From: Ginkgo biloba
Lineage: Eukaryota > Plantae > Ginkgophyta
Direction: 5' to 3'
Assembly: GCA_024626585.2 (NCBI GenBank)
Contig: JANKJI020000002.1
Location: forward strand, 109,090,610 to 109,110,363
DNA: 19,754 bases
The notes under the pieces are model-generated. The model made no database searches and had not been told where the DNA came from. It worked only from the letters and a program-made list of their open reading frames with translations. Below, piece by piece: positions 8,551-19,754 of the stretch. Within the stretch, counting starts at the first letter, position 1; the number at the start of each line of letters is the position of its first letter. The translations under genes were made by a program, and so were the position numbers.

Positions 8551-11500
8551 NNNNNNNNNNNNNNNNNNNNNNNNNNNNNNNNNNNNGGTTTCTAGATCAC
8601 TTTATGTAATGAGATATCACCTATGACTCTCAAAATAGAACCATGGGGTAGATTATGACCAAAAATGCAATAATCACATCTTTGAGTGTATTGCATATTA
8701 TTTTTTTTCAGTAATTAATAAAATGAACTTATTAATTCTATTTTTGTGTAGGTCTATGTCATCATTGTCATCTTCTAACAAGGTTTTTAAATATTCCCAA
8801 GCCTTCCTAACATTCAAAACCATCCAAATATAATTTTTTTTTGTCAATCAAATAGTATTTTTATCTATAAAATAATTGCACCAAATTAAGGCATGCTACT
8901 AAGTATCTTTCCTTTGCAACCACACATAAATCAGTGGCAAGCTCAACATTTGGTGGAAAAAAAATTAAAAATAAAAATTAAGTAGTTAGACCCATTCCCA
9001 ACATATTTTGGGTCTATCTTAATTGCCTAAACCCATACAATTTTATTAGATGGGGTCCATGAGGTGTATTTCATTCCATTGGTATGTACTTAGCCTTGGA
9101 CTAGACCTAGACCCTATAAATAGGGAATAATTAGACCACCAAAATGGAGGAATTAGAAATTGGGGCTATGCTATCAAAATACTAAGCCCATTATCTACAC
9201 TACAAGATGCTTAATTACTCATCTCTATGTCCTTATCATTCTCCTATTTCATGATCTATGTTTTTCATATCTTTTTGAATCCCACGCACTCCTGACATTA
9301 GGATTCTAATTTTCTTATAGGTTAAAATCTTCCATGTTGCCTACCACTCTTAATTTTAAGCTTTCTCACCTAATTGTTTGCCTTCATTCAATAAAAATAA
9401 GGCTAATATCAAGGTTGGAAAGAATTAAAAGTTATAGGAGATACAAAGGCCCACAAATCAAAGTGGGACTACTTGTCATTACATATTTTCTTTGTAGGAC
9501 ATCATAACTTTATTTTCCTTTTGATATTGAATTTTGATTGAAAAGAAAATAAGCCTTATTTTATCTGATTTAATAAGTCAACTAAATCACTACATAAAAT
9601 ATGATCAAAGAACTAGATCAACACTTCATTTTGTTTTCTTTTTCAATTAATTGTCGAGATCATTTCCCTTATTTGAATATAATACTTTGGGGGCAATGAT
9701 CCCCTACCATATCCTTGGAATTAGATCTAATTTCTATATAAATAATATATGATATCTAAGTAAGTATTCATATACCTTAGGCTACACTTTGTCCATGAAA
9801 AATCTAACCACCATATCAAAACGCGTGGAGTGGAATTTCCCTCTTAACCTATCATGCACCTCTCCACTACTATAATGATACATTTTTTATATTAAGATCA
9901 CCTCTTTCGATATAGGGGAATCTCTTGTATATTTTTACAAAAACTCTAGTAGGAAGGATTCATTCATAATACTTTCTTTTCTTTTTTCATATTGATCTAG
10001 GAAAGATCAATTCCACTTATTTACATTCCACACATATACCAAAGTCAAGGCTCTGACCTCACTTGGACACTCTCTCAAGGATCGAGTCCATTGTNNNNNN
10101 NNNNNNNNNNNNNNNNNCCTTTACAGTCTCTTGATCAATCTTTAGTGGGAGTTTACCTTTTAGATTCCCCTTTATAGGCATGCATCCTATCTACCGTACC
10201 ATTGAAAGAACAAGGAAATAATGTTACATGTCTCCATATCATATGCATTCTTTCAGGAAAGGAAAAAGGGAAGAGAACTTATATTTTACTTTCTTTTAAC
10301 TATTTTAGGCACATTCCACTTATCTCATATTCACACACAATTAAACACACATGTATCATGTGTAAAGGTGTGATAATGGATAGCCNNNNNNNNNNNNNNN
10401 NNNNNNNNNNNNNNNNNNNNNNNNNNNNNNNNNNNNNNNNNNNNNNNNNNNNNNNNNNNNNNNNNNNNNNNNNNNNNNNNNNNNNGATCTTCTTTGTTAT
10501 GGTTGAAGATGTCAAGAAATGCTATACTTTAGTGGAAGTCTTTTTGTAGGTCATGAGAGTATGGCGTATAACCTCCATTAACTTTTTAGATTAAGTTCAA
10601 GAAAGAATTGAGGAAGGAATTTTATCCTCTTGGTTATGAGGATGAGTTATACCTCAAGTGGTGATATCTCCATAAAAAAAAAAGGATAATCTCTAGAGGA
10701 TTATTATAAGGAGTATCAGGATCTCCCAATTGGGTTGGATGTTAGAGAACTAATTGAGAAGATGTTTCTTAAGTTTATTAGAGGACTTCATAACCATTTG
10801 AGGCATGAGATTGAGTTATTTCCATTGTATACCATCCAGGAGGCATATAGGTTTTCCTTTAATATTCAAGCCAAGAATAAGGCTTCATAAGGAATTTAAG
10901 AAAATGCTAAGCATAACGACACTACTTCTTCTCCATCTTCTTCTAATAGAGAGAATAAGAATATAGGTTTTGATAGGTCAACAAAGTGTGTCTATTATGG
11001 AAAGTAAGGACATGAGGAATCAAATTTCTTTAAGCTTCATCTAGAGAAGGCATTGATATCTCTTCATATAAGGAAGTAGAGAGAGAATAGGAGATTACCT
11101 AAAGTGTCTATCACTTTATATGAGCTTGATCTTTTGATTTATCTCATCAACACAAAGGACAAGAGCAATGATCAAGAGAAATATTTTGCATTGAGGTTGT
11201 AGGTTAAGGATGGAATGGTATCAGTTATACTTGATAATGGAAGTTACAATAATTTAGTTTCATATTCAATGGTATATGATTTGGGATTATATATTTAAGA
11301 TCATATGTATCCATACAATATCAATGGATGAAATAAGAATGAGAATGATCACATTACTAATTATCGTAATTTTTAGATTTATAGTCATTAAAGAGTATGT
11401 GGATGAGATTCCCTATGATGTGATGCATATGGATTATATGAGTGTGTTGCTTAGGATTCCCTTAATGAATAACATAAAGGTGAATATTATTCACTACCAA

Positions 11501-11849
11501 GGGAAGTGTACAATGATAAAAAAGAAAAATCCTTTTATTATTATTTTCACCCATGTCCCTAAATATACTATTATAGTGAATAGTGCACAAGCCTAGAGAT
11601 TAGTGAAATCTTCCTATAATTTTGTATTAATCATATTAAGAGGCCATATTAAGCTAATTTTAGAGACTCCATATGAGTTGGAATTAGCTATAAAATATAG
11701 GAAGTAGTAATAATAAGTCAAAAATTTTTTGATTGAGTTTGAAGACATATTTAGATTTCTTAATGTCCTTCCACTAGATAGGGTCATTTTATATAGGTTT
11801 GATCTTGATCCAGTAGTTGTATTACCTAATATAAGACTCTATAATATAT

Positions 11850-12600
11850 TAGTGATGGAAAATGAGGAGATAAATAGGCATCTAATAGAGTAAGTGGATA
11901 ATGGATACATCAAGCCTAGTGTTTATCCATGTGGTTCATCAATCTTGTTAGTGCTTAAGAAAGATCGTTCTTGGTGCATGTCTATTGACTATAGGAAAAT
12001 TAATAACATCACGATAAATAACAAGTATCCTCTTCCTCACATCGATGATTTATTAGATTGATTATAAGGTGCCAAATATTTTATGAATGTTGGTTTAAAA
12101 TTAGCATATTACGAGTGAGGACTGGGGAGTATAACACTCGACACACAATATTAAGACTAAATAAGGTCTCATTAAGTGGTTGGTTATTCCTTTTGGGTTG
12201 ACCAATACCCATACTATATTCATGAGGTTAATGAATTATGTTCGTCAATATTTTTAGATTCCTTTATCATAGTTTATATTGATGATATATTTATTTTTAG
12301 TTGCACTTTAGAGGCACATCTTATGCACATTTAGTAGGTTTTACAGTAGCTAAGGGTCCATAAATTATAGGATGGCATGGATAAGTACAGTTTTACCATG
12401 CATAGCATATTTTATTTTGGTTTCATCATTAATGAATATAGATTTAGAGTTGATATCGTCAATATTAAGGTCTCAAGTGATTGGGGGAAGCCAACTAATA
12501 TTCATGAGATACACATATTTTGGGGGTTTGCAAACTTCTATAAGAAGTTTATTCAAGGATTCTCATAGATTGCCTCTCTTCTTAATTAGTTAATGAAGGA
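11850..12600 (+). pseudogene. Reverse transcriptase domain remnant of copy B
   Basis: IDYR, YPLPHIDDLLD, PFGLTN, YIDD and FWGFANFYKKFIQGFS motifs, with in-frame stops. Confidence 0.9.
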
Positions 12601-13179
12601 TAATAAGGCTTTCACTTAGGGTAAATAGTAACATAATTCTTTTGATTTGATCAAGAATAAAAAATTTACAACACCAATATTGGTGATGCCTAATCTTCAA
12701 TTGCCTTTTGAGATTGAGGTGGATGTATTAGGGCATTCCATGGGAAAAAATTTAACAAAGTTAGGAAAGCATGTTTCATATCACTCTTAGTCTTTTTTTG
12801 ATGTAATGAAAAGGTATAGAACCTATTACAAGGAGATATATATTATAGTTCAGGTAGTGAAACATTGAAATCGTTATCTCCTTGGAAAGGATACCATAAT
12901 CCACTTAGATCATCAATGTATATAGTTCCTTCATTCCCAAATAAGGTTAGAGGATTATAGATTGGTTAAGAGGATGGGGTAAGTACAACAATTTATGAAG
13001 GGGAGTAGTAACATAGTGGCAGATTTTCCCAACAAACCAACAACCCATTCTTTACTATAGGTATTAGACTCTTAAATTTTTAGCTTTCCTAAGAGGAAAT
13101 ACTTGTATTTAGTTGATGTGTATTTTGTTCATGTTTTATCTCTATTATCATATCCTCTTATTATTAACGAGGAATTTAT

Positions 13180-13745
13180 GAGAGATTATCACCTCAAGGA
13201 TGGATTAATGTATAGACTTGGATTATTGTGTGTGCTTAGTATAAGTTATTGACCTTGGTTTATTTGTGAGGCACACCACTCCAAAGTGACAAGGCACTTG
13301 GGGATGCGTAAGACCATGGAATATCTTTAGCACTATTTTTATTGGCCAAGGATGTATCTAGATAAATGGAGATATTTATTTAAGTATGTTCTTTATGTTT
13401 TACTTTTAAACCTTCTAATAAAATATTAGGAAGTATCAGTCATTATTTATTCTAGATCATCTATGGGAGTCCATATTCATCAATTTTATTGGAGGTTTAC
13501 TAGTAACATAAAGGGGTTATATTTGCATTTTTTTATGGTAGAATTTTCAACAAAATGATTATATTGATGACATACTAAAGGGAAATTTTAGCACCATAGG
13601 TTGCTATATTATTTTTCACCCATATTTAGACTTACTTCAGTTACCATATTCTATTATTCCATATAGGGATGATAAATTATTGAGACACTTTTCAACACAT
13701 TTATAGAAGTTGATGAACATGAATTAAAATTATCAACTTAATTCC
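13180..13745 (+). pseudogene. Integrase remnant (HHCC zinc finger plus start of the rve core), cut off at an N-run
   Basis: YHLKDGLMYRLGLLCV, EAHHS...HLG..KT, YWPRM, CSLC and WESIFINFIGGL. Confidence 0.85.
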
Positions 13746-14299
13746 ATNNNNNNNNNNNNNNNNNNNNNNNNNNNNNNNNNNNNNNNNNNNNNNNNNNNNN
13801 NNNNNNNNNNNNNNNNNNNNNNNNNNNNNNNNNNNNNNNNNNNNNNNNNNNNNNNNNNNNNNNNNNNNNNNNNNNNNNNNNNNNNNNNNNNNNNNNNNNN
13901 NNNNNNNNNNNNNNNNNNNNNNNNNNNNNNNNNNNNNNNNNNNNNNNNNNNNNNNNNNNNNNNNNNNNNNNNNNNNNNNNNNNNNNNNNNNNNNNNNNNN
14001 NNNNNNNNNNNNNNNNNNNNNNNNNNNNNNNNNNNNNNNNNNNNNNNNNNNNNNNNNNNNNNNNNNNNNNNNNNNNNNNNNNTTTCAAGAGAAACTCCAA
14101 AGCTCCAAAGATCCTCCTCTAGCTTCTTAGGAATCAATGCAAGCTTCCCATGAGTTTTATCCTAATAATTCTCTGCCAAAACCATGGAAATATCCTCATC
14201 ATTGATTTATGACCACAAATCAATGGTGCCACTTCCACGTGTGCTATTCATCGGTAGACTCTACAAGCACGCACTAATCGGCGACATCGTTGGTTTTAA

Positions 14300-15066
14300 C
14301 TCAAAAAAAAAATAATAAAATAAAATTAGATAGTTGGAGACTGTTCCCAAAGAATTTTGGGTCACCCCAAACTATCCAAACTGATTCAAATCCCACTGTT
14401 GATCCCTATGGAGTGTTGATCATCTATTTCTCTGATATTACCTCTGGTATTGTACCTAAACCCTATAAATGGATCTATAATTAAGGCACAAAGGAGTGAA
14501 CCTCTAAGTATTGTTATGTTGTCTTGTACCAAAACATTTGTGATCTTATTAAGTTGAGAATATTTAGTTGCTTAGAACTATGTGAGTATTTATAACTCAA
14601 AAGGATTCTATCGAGTTTCTTCCTCAATATACATGTGCGAGACAACTTTTTTTAGTTTCATCTTTGGAGAAAAAATATTCAACACAAGATAATCCTAGGG
14701 TCTTTCCATAAAGAAAAAGTGTGACATAGGTAGGAAAATTTATGGCACATAGCATAACACCATGCCTCTTTTCCTAGAGAATTAAAAGATAATTTTTGGC
14801 ATTAGAATAAAATATTGGCATGGATAGTGGGGTGCATCCCATACAAAGGGGATGATTGTGAAAACTTGAGTATTTCTTAGTTTTTTTAGACACTTGTATA
14901 CATTATAGGGTTCATCCTCTAGTCCTTTGCCAAGGATACTTCAATCCACATGGTAATTTGGAGGTAGGATGATACTAGGTAACTTTTATGATCAACATTG
15001 TACATAATAATATTGAGCCTAATTGTTATCTCCCCTTATAACTATTTTATTCGAACATTCCCCATG
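14300..15066 (+). mobile_element. Probable (3') LTR of the copy A/B gypsy family
   Basis: 14670-14945 aligns by eye with 6770-7105, e.g. TATACATTATAGGGTTCATCCT..CCAAGGATACT versus TATACATAATAGGGTTCATCCT..CCAAGGATACT, and TTTTTGGCATTAGA..TGGATAGT versus TTTTTGGCACTAGA..TGGATAGT. Contains CCCTATAAAT. Boundaries are approximate. Confidence 0.6.
14461..14470 (+). promoter_or_regulatory. TATA box of the putative LTR promoter
   Basis: CCCTATAAAT upstream of the R/U5-like shared segment, a context typical of plant LTR promoters. Confidence 0.35.
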
Positions 15067-16829
15067 AGGACTATGTATTATTTATAACATATATGAATAT
15101 AGTTTAGGCTCATTTTCACCCCAAGAAAAAATATATATTTGAAGTCTTTATTACTAGTAAAGGAACTAAGAGATTGAAATCATTGTAATGTTATGATAAT
15201 AATGGATAATCATATTCTTTTAAGATCAATAAGGCTTATAATACAACATCACAAGGATTTATGATAATAAAATACTGNNNNNNNNNNNNNNNNNNNNNNN
15301 NNNNNNNNNNNNNNNNNNNNNNNNNNNNNNNNNNNNNNNNNNNNNNNNNNNNNNNNNNNNNNNNNNNNNNNNNNNNNNNNNNNNNNNNNNNNNNNNNNNN
15401 NNNNNNNNNNNNNNNNNNNNNNNNNNNNNNNNNNNNNNNNNNNNNNNNNNNNNNNNNNNNNNNNNNNNNNNNNNNNNNNNNNNNNNNNNNNNNNNNNNNN
15501 NNNNNNNNNNNNNNNNNNNNNNNNNNNNNNNNNNNNNNNNNNNNNNNNNNNNNNNNNNNNNNNNNNNNNNNNNNNNNNNNNNNNNNNNNNNNNNNNNNNN
15601 NNNNNNNNNNNNNNNNNNNNNNNNNNNNNNNNNNNNNNNNNNNNNNNNNNNNNNNNNNNNNNNNNNNNNNNNNNNNNNNNNNNNNNNNNNNNNNNNNNNN
15701 NNNNNNNNNNNNNNNNNNNNNNNNNNNNNNNNNNNNNNNNNNNNNNNNNNNNNNNNNNNNNNNNNNNNNNNNNNNNNNNNNNNNNNNNNNNNNNNNNNNN
15801 NNNNNNNNNNNNNNNNNNNNNNNNNNNNNNNNNNNNNNNNNNNNNNNNNNNNNNNNNNNNNNNNNNNNNNNNNNNNNNNNNNNNNNNNNNNNNNNNNNNN
15901 NNNNNNNNNNNNNNNNNNNNNNNNNNNNNNNNNNNNNNNNNNNNNNNNNNNNNTAATAATCTGTGTAATTAGAAGTTAACATTCGTGACAAACATTAAAG
16001 TTTCACCAAAAATGATGATCATGACAAACTTCCTTCTATATATATATTAAGCAAAATAGAGTTTTTTTGGTTTTGAGGTGATTACAAAAAAATCACTTTA
16101 AATCCTTCATTTTCTTGTAGGTAAATTTTTTCCTAGATAAAAATAGTTCCAAAATTTTATGAACCCTTACAAAATGGATTTCATCCAATTTATAACCTTT
16201 TGATGAGAGAGAGCGGACTAACTATTTGCAACCACTTTCATCCCTTTTTTATAATAGGTAGGCATATAATTTATGGATCAAGGGAAAGAGAGTTAAAAGC
16301 ACTAAAGGCTCTCCCTCTTTGAAGGTGGTGGAAATAACTTCTTACCATGTTTCCAACNNNNNNNNNNTCTTGTTGGCTTATGAATCTCATGCCCATACCT
16401 TGATGAGCAACCCGCACATTTCAAACATCCATCAAGAACTACCACTGATGTCCACGGTGAGATGTTAGGATTTCATCACTATCACCCACCATCCTCGCCA
16501 TACCTTGGTTTCCTTAATGATTCAGGGTACAGAGGGATCTCAGGAAGGTGGAAATATGTCCATTTGTATCACATACTCATGCAACCAACTGTTATTACAT
16601 GGTGATTCTACTTCTATCTATCCCTGGGCTCTTAATGTAACATATCATCCTAACCAAAGTTTAGGAGGTCTTGATCATTACTTATGGTTTGATCTAGGTC
16701 ATCAATATCCCTTCTTAGTAGAGTGACTCACTAGTTGGATTGAAGTCTCCTCAATGGTCCCATGACCTCTAGCTTAGGTTAAAGAGTCCTTATATTATGG
16801 AGTCACTTCTTGGTAATAGTTTATAAAGA

Positions 16830-17960
16830 GGCTCCTTGGTCACCTTTTTCTTTCCTGGTTCTACCAGGACTATAAAAGGCTACCAGGAGCCATCTTTATT
16901 TCCTCTTGGCACTCATGTATTAAATTTTTATCAGTGGCACCATGGCCCCCTTGGGAACTATACAACCTCCTAGACACCTACCTCCTTAAATTCATGAGGA
17001 CCATACAAAATAACTAAGAATATCCTTCTTAGATCTTTGTCCCTCCTTAGCACACATGCTTTAAGTATTCCTTAGTGATATCATGGGCCCTTCAAGGGAG
17101 GTACAGCCTCCTAGATACCTTGTCCTCCCTTTCACACAAGGAATAAGAAAGGTCACCTAAAGTAGTATTCCTAGGCATATTTCCCTCCTCAATGTCCTCC
17201 TATAGGCCCCTTAGTCACTATGTATCCTCCTTGACATGTGCCTCCCTAGTATGTGTATACTTCCTAGGCCCTTTGCATCTCCTTGATTACATTAGGACCT
17301 TGGAAGGCTACCAGGATCACTGAGAGTATTGTCCCCACCTTGGTGCACATGTGTTTATTTTACCTTAGTGATATTATGGGTACCTTCAAGAATGCATGCT
17401 CTCCTAGATGATTTTATCCCTCCTTAATGTACTATTATGATGAAATGTAACCAAGAGTAGTCTTCCTATATGTTTATTACTCCTTGGTCCTTTGATCCCT
17501 CCTAATATCACAACGAATGTGAAATCCTACCAAGAGAATTTATCACCTTACTTTAAAGCATGTGATTTAAATATATTTAGGGTGGGTGGTGGTCCCCTCA
17601 AGGTAGATAAACTCTTCTGGGTGCTTTGATTCACCTTGATAACACTAAGGATGAAAGGCTTCCAAGAGACATCCTTATTTCCTCTTCACACACATGTTTT
17701 ATATTTTTAATAGTGGCACTGTGGGCCCCTTGGGCATTGTACAACCTCTTGTAAACTTTTGTCTCCCTTAATGTAAAAGGACTAGTTTTTTTTTCCTAGG
17801 ACTAGGAACAACTTACTCCCCCTCATTATGTCATATTATATATGCTTTTGGTTTCATGGAGCTCACCTCCTCTTTTAATTCCTTACCATTTCAGGTCCTT
17901 TAAGTCTCTTCGATCATGTTAGGACTGAAAGGATATCAGGATATTTTGATCTCCCTATTA
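16830..17960. repeat. Degenerate tandem repeat array, unit about 120-215 bp (core about 140 bp)
   Basis: Recurring block AGGCTACCAGGA...CCTC(C/T)T..CACACATG...AGTG(GC/AT)A(C/T)..TGGGCCCCTT...CCTCCTAGA, with AGTG cores at about 16933, 17074, 17367 and 17712 and weaker copies near 17195 and 17582. Confidence 0.7.
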
Positions 17961-18342
17961 CTTTTACATCATCCTGGTCCCTTTTGAACTATCAAGATAA
18001 TATAAGGACTATAGTAGAGCCACTAGGAGCCATTTTTTTATCTTAGTTCCTGGACATAAAATTANNNNNNNNNNNNNNNNNNNNNNNNNNNNNNNNNNNN
18101 NNNNNNNNNNNNNNNNNNNNNNNNNNNNNNNNNNNNNNNNNNNNNNNNNNNNNNNNNNNNNNNNGATCCAATTATCGTCCTTCGGGAGATTAGACTTTCT
18201 AAAGTCACTCCTTGTGATAAATATTAAACCTTGAGTACCGATAGGAAATCTCAATTATCAAACTTTAATCCTTTCAAAGACTCAAAATAAGATGCACCCA
18301 ATTCAAACCCCGATACTCTATGGACCCAAATTTAAAGAAGAG

Positions 18343-19168
18343 TGTGACGCACCATGATGGGATATTCTAAACCTACAAACCAAAAATTAAATAAAGTATA
18401 GTTTAGAATAATTCAAGAAATTAGGGATTTCGAAGTGAATGTTTCCTAGCACCTTCATAAAATTTCAATTTAAAAGGATCCAAATTGAAATCAAATTGAT
18501 TTTTGGAACTTTTCAAATTTTAAAAGTTAAAAGGTAAGAAAGGATGAGGGGAAAAGGTTTCATCAAAAGGTCGAAAATAAGTCAATTTTCAAAATGATTC
18601 AACTTCCTTTAATACTTAAAAAATTAAATGGGGGGGAAAGGATGAGAAAGAGAAAGAGACGGTGAGGAGAAGAGAGTAATAGAACATCCAAGAGTGAGTA
18701 GCTAAAAGAGAAAACACTCATCCATTAAAAAAGGAGGTAAGTAAGCATCATATGAGAATCAAGAGAAGAGGAACAAGAGAGTGTGAGAGAATCCTTTGAG
18801 GAGTGAAAGATTCACACCATTGTTTAACTTATAAATTATGTACAAATCCCTGTGAGTTGCTTCTCAAAATCGAGGCATAGTCACACAAATTGTAAACTCN
18901 NNNNNNNNNNNNNNNNNNNNNNNNNNNNNNNNNNATTATGGAGTTTTTAATTCCCATGAGAGTTTCTCTAGTTAGAAACTTTGTATCCATGTGAGAAATT
19001 GTGTATTTTTAATTTCTTTTATTTTTTCTTGAATTTTTAGATTCAAGTTATAAACTTGCATGCAAGTTTAGACATAGAGTTATGTTTGTTTTATTAAAAT
19101 AAATTAAACAAATAACCTATAGTTAATAAAATTAGAATATTTTGACTCACCCATTGAGATATGGATCA
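18343..19168 (+). mobile_element. Putative 5' LTR of a further LTR retrotransposon
   Basis: Begins TGTGACGCACC and ends ...GACTCACCC...GGATCA, followed after 3 nt by a PBS. The 5' boundary is tentative. Confidence 0.5.
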
Positions 19169-19171
19169 ATT

Positions 19172-19183
19172 TGGTATCATAGG
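19172..19183 (+). other. Primer-binding site complementary to the 3' end of tRNA-iMet
   Basis: TGGTATCATAGG versus consensus TGGTATCAGAGC (10/12), directly after a CA end. Purine-rich, gag-like decayed sequence follows at about 19280-19460. Confidence 0.6.
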
Positions 19184-19754
19184 TTCTTGTTCTTGAGTAT
19201 GTGTTNNNNNNNNNNNNNNNNNNNNNAGTGGTTATTCCTCAAGTGGTGAACCATTATTTTCAAGTTTAACAATTGATAAAGCTCCAAGAAGATGAAGAAT
19301 GGAAGAAAGAGTAGAGGATGAAGTGATCAAAGCCATACTCTTATAACTAGAAGTCAATATGGTAGCCATTTGAAAGTTGTTGCAAGAATTAAAGCCTCAA
19401 AGGAAGGAAAAGGGAATCGATTCAGTTCTAGAAAAATTGAAAAAATGCCAAGAAGAATGATGTAGNNNNNNNNNNNNNNNNNNNNNNNNNNNNNNATCGG
19501 TGACAAATCCCCAACTCACATCGATAGTTGGTAATAAATCCATGATCATTAGTTCTATCAATGAGTCCAAATAGTATTATCATCGTTCACCTCCAAGATC
19601 TTAGCAGACAGACCATGTCAACATCATCAGTGAATTATATATGTTGCTCTCTCCTCCTTCCTAATCAACTAGCCATCAACAACCACCCTTCATCTCTCTC
19701 TTTTTGGCTTAAGTATCTCATTCAAATTGCTTGGGATCCAATGCTTCCCTCTAA

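Larger units (their letters stand above)
10490..13745 (+). mobile_element. Degenerate Ty3/gypsy (chromovirus, CRM-like) gag-pol, copy B: gag 3' half, protease, RT, RNase H, integrase
   Basis: Domain order is PR-RT-RH-INT. Protease: VILDNGSYNNLVS (11224-11262). RT: GYIKPSVYPCGSSILLVLKKDRSWCMSIDYRKINNITINNKYPLPHIDDLLD, WLVIPFGLTN and YIDD at 12275-12286. RNase H: PILVMPNLQLPFEIEVD and YYKEIYIIVQVVKH*NRYLLGKDTIIHLDH. Integrase: EAHHSKVTRHLGMRKT...YWPRM, CxxC and WESIFINFIGGL. Riddled with stops and frameshifts. The CRM assignment is an inference from motif style. Confidence 0.92.

Noticed and set aside
8590-10385. LTR-like fragments (CCCTATAAATAGGG at ~9112, TTAGTGGGAG at ~10142), and similar ones at 2900-3450
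   Set aside because: Probably TE debris, but no termini, PBS, PPT or partner copy could be defined.
14429-14441. CTCTGATATTA as a decayed minus-strand PBS
   Set aside because: It has several mismatches and conflicts with the plus-strand orientation implied by LTR similarity and gag-pol.
13733-15991. Long ORFs in the track (13733..14137, 13738..14100, 15236..15991, 15261..15956) and similar X-filled ORFs elsewhere
   Set aside because: They are open only because they run through N bases; there is no coding evidence.
16830-17960. Repeat-spacer (CRISPR-like) interpretation of the array
   Set aside because: The context is eukaryotic, units are long and degenerate throughout, there are no identical short repeats with unique spacers, and no cas genes.

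Overview
AT-rich eukaryotic genomic DNA, probably from a seed plant, with many N-runs. Some N-runs look like fixed-size 100-N scaffold gaps and others may be masked simple repeats. The only host gene is a minus-strand, multi-exon AB-hydrolase triacylglycerol lipase of the LIP2/MPL1 type (about 4132-6580). Six of its exons are intact, with canonical GT-AG junctions, and join into one stop-free 786-nt frame. The first exon (signal peptide plus GxCxxxxxxxGYxCxEH) is disrupted by a 2-nt frameshift, stops and a GT>AT donor change. The two exons that should carry the DVW..N.RG motif and the catalytic-Ser GHS motif are missing or reduced to traces. From about 6760 the window is a stack of old LTR retrotransposon sequence: two diverged copies of one Ty3/gypsy (CRM-like) family on the + strand, two diverged LTR-like segments of that family, a degenerate ~140-bp tandem array (about 16830-17960), and another LTR with a tRNA-iMet primer-binding site (about 18343-19183). 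The selective exon decay in the lipase is the most interesting signal. I see no evidence for a wholly new system beyond it. Homolog comparisons are from recalled family consensus, not from database searches.
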